NCBI GenBank assembly: GCA_964106645.2
Contig: OZ067038.1
Length of the DNA: 64,000 nucleotides
Origin: Podarcis pityusensis
Taxonomy: Eukaryota
Strand: one strand, 5' to 3'
The notes beneath the pieces were generated by a model, which did no database searches, had not been told where the DNA came from, and was given only the letters and a program-made list of their open reading frames with translations. Made by a program: the position numbers and the translations under genes. How positions within the stretch are numbered: the first letter of the stretch is position 1; the number at the start of each line of letters is the position of its first letter. Below, piece by piece: positions 48,344 through 59,900 of the stretch.

Positions 48344-48873
48344 CCGTATTTTTTGCTCCATTGGATGCACCGGACCATAGGACGCACCGGACCATAGGAG
48401 GGGAAGAACAGGGAAAAAATTTTTTTTCTTGTTCTCCCCCTCTAAAACAAGGTACATTCACCAGAGCTTGTGGGGCTGGTGGTGGGGGGAAGCGCTGCTT
48501 TCCCCCACCGCCAGCCTCAAAGATCCCTGAAGCCTTTGGAGTGCAGCGCCTCGCTGCCCTGCAGAGGTTTGCGCGCAGCCGTCCCCAAGCTAGAGGAGCG
48601 AGACGGAGCCCTCCGTCTCGCTGTTCTGGCTTGGGAACAGCCTTGCTAGCTTCTGCAGGACAGCGGGGTGAAGGCACCCCGCTGCCCTGCAGAGGTTTGC
48701 GCGCAGCCCTCCCCAAGCTAGAGCAGCGAGACGGAGCGCTCCACAGTGCTCCGTCTTCCTGTTCTGGCTTTGGGCTTAGCGGCACAGCCTGCATTCGCTC
48801 TATAGGACGCACACACATTTCCCCTTAATTTTTGGAGGGGGAAATGTGCGTCCTATAGAATGAAAAAATACGG
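48344..48873. mobile_element. Tc1/mariner superfamily MITE (CCGTATTTT TIR) with a GC-rich internal duplication
   Basis: TA TSD; ccgtatttttt / aaaaaatacgg ends; ~58-bp direct repeat at ~48552 and ~48680. Confidence 0.9.
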
Positions 48874-48981
48874 TAGTTGAAAACTCTTTTCTTGCAACTT
48901 GAAGCCCTCTGAAGCCGGACAAAACAAACTTGCTCCATCTTCCATGTGACAGCCCTTGGGCTATTTGAAGATGGCTATTCT

Positions 48982-49327
48982 TGGCACTGTGGGTTAAACC
49001 ACAGAGCCTAGGACTTGCCGATCAGAAGGTTGACAGTTCGAATCCCCATGACGGGGTGAGCTCCCATTGCTTGGTCCCTGCTCCTGCCCACCTAGCAGTT
49101 CGAAAGCACGTCAAAGTGCAAGTAGATAAATAGGTACCACTCCGGCGGGAAGGTAAACGGCGTTTCCGTGCGCTGCTCTGGTTCGCCAGAAGCGGCTTAG
49201 TCATGCTGGCCACATGACCCGGAAGCTGTATGCCGGCTCCCTCGGCCAATAAAGCGAGATGAGCGCCGCAACCCCAGAGTCGGTCATGACTGGACCTAAT
49301 GGTCAGGAGTCCCTTTACCTTTACCTT
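48982..49327 (+). mobile_element. Sauria SINE, near full-length
   Basis: Near-identical to 9755-10100; short TSD TATTCT. Confidence 0.95.
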
Positions 49328-49951
49328 ATTCTATCTCCTCTCAGCGTCTTAGTATCTCAGGAACAAACTCTCTCAACCATTCCTCATAAAGCTTGGTTTC
49401 CAGACTCTTGAGCATCTTGGTCACCTTCTTTTGCACACATTCCAGCTTATCAATATCCTTCTTGTTGGTTATATGAGGTTGGATATATCCCAGAAGCAGA
49501 ACAGAGTGGTACTATTAGTTCCCTTACTAGAAAAGGTAGCTGAGTAGTTAGGTGAGTGAGTGGGATAGAATCTGTGTAGTAATGCAGCAGGCACTACTAA
49601 CAGTTCAATTTGCGTGGATTTATTAAGACTTGATACACAGAGAGAACCAAAATGAGAGGCTGCCCTTTTAAAAAGGTTTACCACAAAATTTATTGACTAG
49701 TGCTTACTTAACAGAAATCCTAAAGTACATAGCAGACCATGCTGGCTTACAGGCTAATCCTGCAGTTCCATCAGTGGATGACAGAATTCCTCTGGGCCAT
49801 TGCAGATGGAGACAAGCTGTCCCCCAAATCATGCTATGTTTCTGCTGTGTGCCAAAAAGGGGCTTAGAGTTGAGGGAGAATAGCTGAATTCAATCAACAG
49901 GTGAAGTAAACCCTGCTTGGAGCAACACCTGCAACCTGTCACATACCTGTC

Positions 49952-50698
49952 AGTAACTGTGCTCCTGAAGGACCAGGTGCGCAGTCTGGGAGTCATTTTG
50001 GACTCACAGCTGTCCATGGAGGCGCAGGTCAATTCTGTGTCCAGGGCAGCTGCCTACCAGCTCCATCTGGTACGCAGGCTGAGACCCTCCCTGCCTGCAC
50101 ACTGTCTCACCAGGGTGGTGCATACATACCCTGGCTTTCTCCCACTTGTGCTCTCTGTGGGGCTACCTTTGAAGGTGACTTGGAAACTGCAATTAATCCA
50201 GAATGCGGCAACTAGACTGGTGACTGGGAGTGGCCACCGGGACCATATAACACTGGTCTGGAGAGACCTGTATTGGCTCCCAGTACATTTCCGAGCACAG
50301 TTCAAAGTGTTGGTGCTGACCTTTAAAGCCCTAAAGGGCCTCAGCCCAGTATACCTGAAGGAGCATCTCCACCCCCCTTGTTCAGCCTGGACACTGAGAT
50401 CCACCTCCAAGGGTCTTCTGGTGGTTCCCTCACTGTGAGAAGTGAAGCTACAGGGAACCAAGCAGTGGACCTTCTTGGTGGCTGCACCTGCCCTGTGGAA
50501 CGCCATCCCTTCAGATGTCAAGGAGATGAGTAATTACCGTATATAGGAAACATCTGAAGGCAGCCCTGTATAGGGAAGTTTTTGATGTTTTTAATGTTTT
50601 ACTGTGGTTTTATAATCGTTGGCAGCAACCCAGAGTGGCTCGGGAAACGTAGTCAGATGGACGGCATAGAATAATAATAATAGTAATTATTATTATTT
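49952..50698 (+). mobile_element. L2 3' fragment, same family as 5540-7545, more diverged
   Basis: ORF 49917..50438 matches the C-terminal half of ORF 6416..7264; (AAT/TAT)n tail. Confidence 0.93.
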
Positions 50699-51666
50699 GA
50701 ACAGACTTGTCCTGTTGAAATGCCTTTATTCTAACAGGAACAGGTCTTACAAATTGCTTGAACAGTATTACTCCACTGAAAGTATGAAAAATGCATGAAA
50801 AGCAAACAGATTTATGCATTCGCCCATGTGAGGAAAGCTGAAAATTCAGGATGAAACGTTTCCATTAAAAACATGGCTTTTGTGACTTGGAAATGCTCTG
50901 GATTCAAGCAAACCATTTACTGTGGGTATGTGGGTATGCAGAAATGCTTGTTTGTTTGTGCTTTAACACTCTTTCAGAAGGCATCTGCTGATTATTATTT
51001 TTGGCTGTGATTACAATTGTGCAGAGCACAGCTCAAAAAAACACACCCCTTTTGTTTGCATATAAATTTAAAATGAGGGCCTAATGTACTCTGCAAATAC
51101 AACTTCTCAACTGAGCCACCTTCAGTAAGAGCTTATATCAATGTAGTTTCATGAAAAGAGTTCTCTTATTAATACAACATTAAACCACTCTGGAAATTGT
51201 AGCTCTGTGAAGGGAATAACAACTTCAGGACCCTTAAAAAAACCACAGTTCCCAGTACTCTTGGGGGAAGCCATGACTGCTTAAGTGGTATGATTCTGCA
51301 GGGATGGCCTAAGAGGGTCAGTTCTAAAAACTATAAATGGAAGAAACCATTTGTGGGTGGTTTTAGGCATAGGATGCAGTGTCCACATCAACAATAGAAG
51401 CATGAAATGTGCTTCCTTTGTTGTTGATTGATTTAATGTGTCCTGCTGCAGGAGAAAAGGTCCTTGCCCAGAGGCGCTTACCTTCTACACTTCAAAAGAA
51501 AGTGAAACAAGGATAGAGAAACGGAGGGAAGTGGTAGCAGGGGCGAAACAGGGGAAGAAAGTGCAATTATTTCTCTTTAAAATACACTTAGGACTAGTTT
51601 TTGTTTGAATGTTTTGTGGCAGTCAGGCAAAGCAGATTGCAGAGACAGTGACAGTTTGTTTCAATA

Positions 51667-52062
51667 CAGTGGAACCTTCTTCCGATGCACGGTCAAAAAG
51701 AGGAAGCCCTAGCCTCATGCAAGAAGTTTTAGCATTTCTGGCTGTCAATCAACAAATGGCAACATTAACTTCTTCCTATCAGTGGCCAACGGTCAATTAG
51801 CCTGCCCCCAACTTTGGAGTGTCCTGGCAGCCCCCACCACAACACGTGCTCTCCGTGAAGGAGAACACGCTTTCTCGAACTTAATCCGTTCCAGGAGTCC
51901 GATCGACTCCCGAAACAGTTTGACAACCAAGGCAATTGGAAGCTGCAAAAGCCACATCGGGTGTTCGGTTTCCAAAAACCAGAACACTTCCAGGTTTTCA
52001 GCGTTCGGGAGCTGATTTGTTCGTCAACTACGGTAAGTCATTCGAGAACCAAGGTTTGACTG
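51667..52062. mobile_element. Tigger-like MITE with a ~190-bp foreign segment inside the left TIR
   Basis: TA TSD; cagtggaacctt / aaggtttgactg ends; the MITE body resumes at ~51871 (ttctcgaacttaatccgttcc). Confidence 0.7.
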
Positions 52063-53619
52063 TATGCCTTTTTTTATTATTATTCTCTTTTCACTTATTT
52101 CAATCATTAAATATACCTGTGAGGAGGGAATTGCTCTGGCATGAACTATAGAAATGCGATCCCTTGTAAAGAGTGCATAAAAATAAATTTAAACATCAGC
52201 CATGTGTTCCCAAGATTTAAGATGTCAGAGCTGCTGACAAAGCTACATAGCACCACGTTATATTTTAAGTATTTTAGGACAACCCTCATCTCATATATAA
52301 AAGTCTCACTTACCGTGAGCAAAGCTAAACAGATTATGCCAGTAAAGAAGCTGTCCTTTGCTAGTAATATTCATTCTCATATCAGCTCGGGAGTTGGATA
52401 GTACACATTTCATACAACTTAGAGCTCAAACTAATGCCCACAATAATTCATAATTTGATCATTTCCCCGATAATTCCACTCCAAATTCAAATTTGCAATA
52501 TCCAATTGAGATTTTGAATGTGATTTTTTATTTTTAAACTAATCTTCAGTCTGCATCTGTATAAGAGCTTTCTTTTGCATGCAATCTAGAGATGCAGGTA
52601 CATTGCAGATTCCACTCTGAAATAAGCACATATATTCAGTCTATTGAAATCTATGTGTGGCAAGTCTACACTTGGGTTGCAGTGAAGGAAGATTATAGAG
52701 CTGAACACAGAAGTAGCTAGGATTATGCATGGTATGTACAGCAGAAATATAAATTTTTTGCCCACACTTCTTAAGATATACATAGACTACATGTTTTCAC
52801 ATAGGAGTAGAGGCATGGAATTTGGAATCTTTCCACAATATGCAATAATAAGTAGGGAATTAGCTGTTACATGTATTTGCCAGATGCTTTTGTAATTCAC
52901 ATTAATTTCAATCGCACCAGTGTGTATATATGGGATGCATCTGTCCTTGGCACTTCGCTTTTTCCAGGTGGAAACTCCTAACTAATCCAGAGGGCATAAG
53001 CAAAATGGGAGAGACATTTGATTTAATAGGATGTTTTATTTGGCATTCTTTAAATATTTGTGCAAGAGTGGTGGCCATTTTTGGAAGCGCTTGGTTTTTA
53101 GCTTTTATCTTTGTGATCTAAAACAGGTTTCAAATTATATACACTGTGTTTCCCTCTCCATTTAGTTCATTCTTTGCTAATTTGTTCTTTCTCCTATATA
53201 TCCTATAACAATTCCACTCCAAACCTCAAAACTCCGTTGTGGTTACAGAACTAGTAATAGAAGATGCATGATTACTTTGGAGCAGTTTGACTCGGTTGTA
53301 TAGGAAACACAATAGCAAAGTTGCCGCGGCACTCGGCTGCATTCCTGGAGACTGTGGGGTCCAATCTTATTTTGTCTGACATTTATTCCACCTCACAGAA
53401 AATGTTCTCCAGATCAATTGACATGGAAAGGTTAAAGACAGGGGAACATGAGATTTGTCACATGACACCATGGCAATCTTAGTAACTTGTGTATGTTAAC
53501 CCTGTTAACCAAACCATTCTGCGTCTCTGATTATATGACTTCAACATGTCACCATTCTGAGCTAGTAGTTAGTTTAGCCTGAGTAATGGGTGAGAGAATA
53601 AGGGACATTTTGGAGATTA

Positions 53620-53804
53620 CTTTCTGATGGTAAGAGCTGTATGACAGCTGAGTGGACTGAGGTGATGGACTCTCCTTCCATGGAGGTTTCTAAGCAGAAG
53701 TTGGATGGTCATCTGTCATGGATGGTTTAGTTGAGATTCCTGCATTGCAGGAGGTTGGACTAGATGACATTGGGTCCCTTCCAACTCCTTAATTCTATGA
53801 TTCT
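53620..53804 (+). mobile_element. CR1 3' fragment
   Basis: ggaggttggactagatgac...ttccaactcc..attctatgattct tail. Confidence 0.88.
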
Positions 53805-54127
53805 AGTTTTAAGCCAAGCTCACTAGCACAGTGGGTACACTTACAGAATGTTTCAGAAACCAGTAATATACCACCAGTCTTCATGTGCAGTTCTTCAGTC
53901 CTTTCCTCTGATCAGAAATTGGTAATATTTGATTGATCATGAATATAAGTTGCTTTTAACTGCCTTTATCATCATTAACACTACTGAGCAAAGCATACTT
54001 TGCAGACTTCAGTATACCTCCTGCAAAAGTTAACATTGGGAACTTTTTCTGGCCACAATTCAATATGGTTCTGATTATTATTTCATTTTATTACCCGCCC
54101 TCCACCATAAGGTTGTTGTTGTTATTA

Positions 54128-54345
54128 TTAACAAAATATTAAAAACACAGTAAAACATAAATTATTTAAAACTTCCCTATACAGGGCTGCATTCAGAAGT
54201 CTTCTAACAATTGTATAGTTATTTATCTCCCTGACATCTGATGGGAGGATGTTCCACAGGGTGGGCACCACCACCGAGAAGGCCCTCTGCCTGGATCCCT
54301 GGGCTGAGTGATGGGGGTGGAGACGCTCCTTCAGGTATACAGGGC
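54128..54345 (-). mobile_element. L2 3' fragment
   Basis: PVYLKERLHPH..QRAFSVVVPTLWNILPSDV. Confidence 0.88.
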
Positions 54346-54588
54346 AATACAACAAATTAAAAAGCAGCATTAAAACAAGTTACGTTCATAGAATAGGACA
54401 GGTCCTTAAGACCCATTGGCTTGAGTCTTAAGTTGCCCTTCTTTTTTGGTTCTGCCTTTGTTCCAGCAGAGGCTCCCATTGGTGGAAGGCAGAAGACAAT
54501 ATTCAACCATCCCAAATCATTCTCCCTGCACCCTTCCCACATGGGCCATTCCTAGACAACGCTGGTCTTACCCGCTTGCCTGCTCACT

Positions 54589-54961
54589 GCGGGTGGCACT
54601 GTAGTCTAAACCACTGAGCCTCTTGGGCTTGCCCATCAGAAGGTCAGCAGTATGAATCCCCGCGACGGGGTGAGCTCCCGTTGCTCAGTCCCAGCTCCTG
54701 CCAACCTAGCAGTTCAAAAGCACACCAGTGCAAGTAGATAAATGGGAGAGAAGATAAACGGCGTTTCCGTGAGCTCTGGCACACGTCCGGGTGTCCCATT
54801 GCGTGAGAATCAGTTTAGTCATGCTGGCCACATGACCTGGAAAGCTGTCTGTGGACAAATGTCGGCTCCCTCAGCCTGAAAGCGAGATGAGCGCCGCAAC
54901 CCAATGGTCACCTTTGACTGGACTTAACCCTCCAGGGGTCCTTTACCTTTACTTTTTACCT
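54589..54961 (+). mobile_element. Sauria SINE, older subfamily
   Basis: gcgggtggcactgtagtctaaacc head; ACCTTT tail. Confidence 0.9.
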
Positions 54962-56619
54962 TGCTCATTAAGTGAGACCAGAAGCCATCCTATCTCATCC
55001 AGCTTTGCCTATCATGAAAAATGTACAAGATCTAATGAGTAATCCTTTTCTGCATAATATTTTAGATTGTATCATGGCTTATCACATTTTACATGTTCAT
55101 TTGAAAATGCTAGAGTTTCTTGTTGATAGCTCTGGAAATAATCTTATTACATTATTTCCTTTAGGAATCCTTATCTGATTGGTGCAGCATTAAAATTCCA
55201 GAGGGGAAACTAAGTGGTTTTGTGGTGTAGGTTTTTGACCCTCCTCTCCTGCAAATTCAACAAGATAACTATCACACATGAAATGTGCTCTGAAAGTAAG
55301 ATATGTTAATCTCTCAACATCTTTGTCATTCTGACCTACAGTTTTAAACCAATAATGGACATGAAACTTCACAAGACATACGCTGCTTGAGATTGCCAAA
55401 CCGGATCATTATAAAGTAATGAACTATTATGCGGCTCCATATTCTCAAGGAGCTGAACTATACATTATTTGGAAACAAATCCTGTGGTTTTCAACAGACC
55501 CTGCATTCAAATGAATGTACAGTACCTTTACTTTCCCCCCTCCATGCAGTAAGGGACAATGCCGGGGTATGGTGAGTGAAAAAGACAGGGAGCAGGCAAT
55601 GGGAACATTCACTTTGAAGGCTAAACACTCCTGTGGGACTTACTTTCTGGGAAAATGTATGTTCTTTTGAAAATACCTTCAGCTAGAATAAGGAAAAGTT
55701 TTCTGACCTTGGGACAACTCTTGGATTATTGTAAATCCACTTACTATCTTCCTCTTCATGACAGGGTTTTTTTTCTTGCACCTACAGGAATAAATCAGAC
55801 TACATGCTAAGAGGCATATTTATTGTCTCAGAAAGAGTGCATTCTGTTTGCTTCTCAGTAGCAATCTATAACTCTAAAGAATGACAAGACGGTTTCATTT
55901 TATTACAGTGTGTCATCTTATGTCTTACTAAATAAATACAGGTGCACTCACAGTTGTATTCAGAAGATGCAGCAACAGGCTCAAGCTCAAGGCAGTTTAA
56001 GTATATTGTTAAGTGCTTCTCAGAAATAGTGAGAAGTCCAAGGGCAGAGCTTCATTTTCAAATATATAGCAGGAGCAGCTGGGACTAAGAACCATCTCTC
56101 CTGCTGAGATCCAGTTCCCTTTGTGGTAAGCCATTGCCTTTTAATAAGTACTATTAAAGCTGATGATTAGAGCTGAAAAACACGTTCAGAAACATCACAT
56201 GTACCTTCTTCATCTGCAGTTCCCACGCTTCTGCCAATCAGACACTTGCTGAAGACTTTGTGGTTTAAAAGAAAGGTAGACTGATTTCAGTCTCTCATCT
56301 ATCAATGAGAGACAAACCCATCTTATTATTTAATCATATTATTTTTGAAATAATAATTAAAAAGCGTGGCTCTGTGTGTGCACTCTTGCTAAGTAACATA
56401 AGAATTGCCATTCTAGGTCCAACCAGTTCATCGTTATTTGCAAAAATTCCAGCAAACAGCACATGTTAGGTGGCCCACCAGAAGCTGGTTAGTGATTCAC
56501 CAATGGACCATCATCTGCGTTTTGCCATCCTCTAGTTTAGGAAAGAAAAGGTTGCTGAGGCTGGGCAACAAATGGAGAGTGTATTAAAGGGGTACATTCT
56601 GTAGATGTCTAGAGTTTGA

Positions 56620-56935
56620 GTATGGAGCTAAGGTCATTATGAATCCCAATTCTATATTCTGCAGCATTAGCTACCCCTCCCAGGTTGGTGTCATTTGCAA
56701 ATTTGATTAGCATCCACTCAATTCCTTCATCCAAGTTGTTTATAAAGACGTTGAATAACAACGGGTCAAGGACGGAACCCTGCAACACACCACTTGTCAC
56801 TTTTCCTCAGAATGACAAGGAACCATTAGTGAGTCCTCTTGGGGTTCAGTCAATCAATCACCTAACAGTTACCTCATCCAGCCCACATTTTACCAGCATC
56901 CTTGCAAGAATATCAAAAGTCTTACTGGAATATAC
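56620..56935 (-). mobile_element. CR1 ORF2 RT fragment
   Basis: TSGVLQGSVLDPLLFNVFINNLDEGIEWMLIKFANDTNLGG. Confidence 0.9.
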
Positions 56936-59900
56936 TATGTCGCTTACAGATTTTGGCCAAAAATGATGAGCAATATAAAATTCCTAAATAAACAAATATA
57001 AGGCAGCAGCCAGAGCTGATTTAATCACGCTCCAGAGAGCTTTCTTGTCCAGCTCCCGCTGTAACTTTATTTATCTATTTTATTTATTTAATAAAATTTA
57101 TACACTGCTTGATAGTAAAAAACAAAACAAAACAACAACCCTCAAAGTGGTTAAAAAACAACAGCCATAAAATCAGGAAAAAAATTACAACAGATTAAAA
57201 TCACCTCAACTTTCTACGCATCTCGGTAGGCTGGACTAAACAGATGACAGAAAGAATACAGTGAAGGCGCCAGCTTGATCGCAATCAGCAGGGAGTTCCA
57301 AAGTGTAGGTGCTGGTGTAGGTATCACTAAAGGCGCAGCTCAGCTGAAAGCGAGGTTTGCAGGTAGCGCCACTTGGCACCACTTGCAGAGCACTGTGCCT
57401 TTACAAGAGTCACCTGATTCTTGGTGATGTGCCGATGAGCAGCTGGCCATGGGCCTTTGCAAAGGCACAGTTCTCTCCCTGCCCTGTTTGATTTCAAAGG
57501 AGAACAGATCACCCAATGTCACTCGGGTCGGCCCACAGGAGTTGGGGGAATTAAGGATCCAGCCCACCAATCAGATTCAGTTTTCTACCCTTCACTTAAT
57601 GAGACATTTGAGGGGGGGGGTTAGTTTTTCCTAGGTGCTTCAATATGCCAATCAAATACTATAATTTTAACTGAACGCTGAGGCATCAGGGACAAAATGG
57701 TTTAAAAAATAAATAAATCAACAGGCAGTTTGTTCCCTGGAAGTCCCCTGCATTGAAGAAAGCAAAACTCTGCATGTTCACAGCAAGCAAGATACACTGT
57801 GCAAATGATATAGCGCTCTTCAATGGGCAATTGATCTGCAGACTGCATGTAGTCCATGTCAGAATGCACCACTAAATCTTGGCTCATGGGCTATTTCTTT
57901 TCACTGTGAGCTTATGAGCTGAGGAATGATGGTGGGTAATAGGGGTATAAAACCTCTAGGTAGCAATAGATTCTGCGCCAAAAGCTGTATTCTGAAATGC
58001 ACAATATCCAGCAGAATTTTAGCCTCCGAGACCTAAATTAGAAAAAGTGGAATAAAGCTGTCTTAGAGAAGCAAGTTTTTGCACATCCATTTCCCATGAA
58101 AACCTGTTATTTTCTCAGTTTATAAGAAGTTTATGGCATACCAAAAGAAGAAAAGAAACCTCAGTAAATGTAGAAGAGAGGGAGAATTGTATTGGTATGG
58201 AAGAGGTTAAGCTCACTGTAATGCCCCCCAGTGTGTTAATTTTCAAGAATAATTAGAAATAGATTAAAGCTCTGAAGAAAAGGGTGAAATCTTTCAGGAC
58301 ATATTCACATTCCTCAGGCAGCGCATTAAGAGCAGTGCTGACAAGGTATTCTTTTCATGTGGTGTTATAATGCAGCTAAAAATCGTTTGTCATTTTGTGG
58401 CATGTGGCTTTATAATTAGTGAATATAACTGGAGGTTGAGCGTTTAGACTGGTTCTGGCCTCCGTTTTAATTAAGGCACTTAAAGGCATTTTTATATAAC
58501 CTCTGCTGCAGGTCATCTGATAAAACTAATCTGGACATAATGCCCCAACCCTTCCTAACCTTCAATTGTTACTTGTATGGTTTAATGCTAGTTTTAAAGA
58601 GACATTACCCCATAAATTAGATGCCCAAGTACTAAGGAAGAGCCAGAACTGCTGCAAATTAAAATACTTTAAAGCTCTAATTGGACAGGCCCTTCAGACA
58701 GGCTCCCAAAAGACTTTCCTGGCAGCCTTTCATAAAAGATCACATTGTTTTGCAATTCTTCTTTCTAAAGTTGCCCATAAGCTTAATCCACCCTTCGGCC
58801 TTTAGATGAAAAAGGAATCTTACCACATTTGATTTAAGTCATGATATGGGTTATAGAGGGGATGATGTCTGCTTATGAACAGTCCGTTTGCGGTTAATTA
58901 GGAGCCAGCATGGAGCTACAAGGAACCTTCAGGTCAGGTTTCAAACCCCATCCCATGTCAGGCTCTCTCTTTCGCTGATCCTTTGTAAATTAGGACATGC
59001 GTGCTTCCACATCCTCTGTTTAGGCATAATGCCACAACAGGGTGAAGGAAGCAACCCACTACAGTGGGCTGGATGCCGATTTAGTCAGCAGAACCTCCCA
59101 TTCAAGTCAATGGGATTTAAAAGTTATGAATAACTTGTCCCATTGATTTCAATGGCACCTAAACTCATCTAATGGGTCAATCTGGCTGCAACCCAACAGA
59201 CTAAATTGTTTACCATTTGTCAGATAGCAGCAGCAGAGCTGTACTTTGAAAATTATGAAAATAAGATAGCTTAAAAGTTTAGCAATGGTGTAAATATTTT
59301 TCCAGGAAAAATAACCTCGTTTTGTTGTTGTTTTAAGGGATGGGTGACAGCTTCCAGGTCTGCATTCTCACCAGAGAGAAAGAGTTGTACCAGTTATTGG
59401 AGGTTTGTAAACAGAAGTTGGATGGCCATCTGTCAGGGAATCTTTAGCTGTGACACCTGCACTGTTGAGGGTTGCCACCAACTCTACAATTCTATACCCA
59501 CATTCCAGCAATGCAATGCTATGTGCGTATACACAGAATAAAGTCCATTGATTTCAGTGGGGCTTACTCTCAAGTATGTGCATGGCAGGACTGTAGCTTA
59601 AGCCGTTTCAGGCCCATTTGGTATCTATGTGCTTAAGTTTGTCTGTGTTGGTTGTGACTGATCTCTTCACCAGCTATAAATTGATCTGAGTCAGCACAAC
59701 TGGTATCGCCCTATTATGCAGCTTTGCTGCAAATAGTTCTTGCATTTGCACTTGTAAAAAGAGGCTGAAAGTTCAAAGGCAGACCTCTCAGAAATGCTTT
59801 TAAAATAATCTAATTTGAAATGGGAGCTGATGCAGTGTGGCTTAAGAGAGTGCGCTCAGCCAAAATGTCCCTTGTTCAATCAAACGTTGCCTCTTCCATG

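Larger units (their letters stand above)
47999..49463 (-). mobile_element. CR1 3' fragment broken by three younger insertions
   Basis: CR1 pieces at 47999-48050, 48217-48343, 48874-48980 and 49328-49463 are colinear with the reverse complement of 12900-13520. Confidence 0.85.

Noticed and set aside
48300-48828. 163/172-aa ORFs
   Set aside because: They lie in the GC-rich interior of a non-autonomous MITE and have no transposase motifs.
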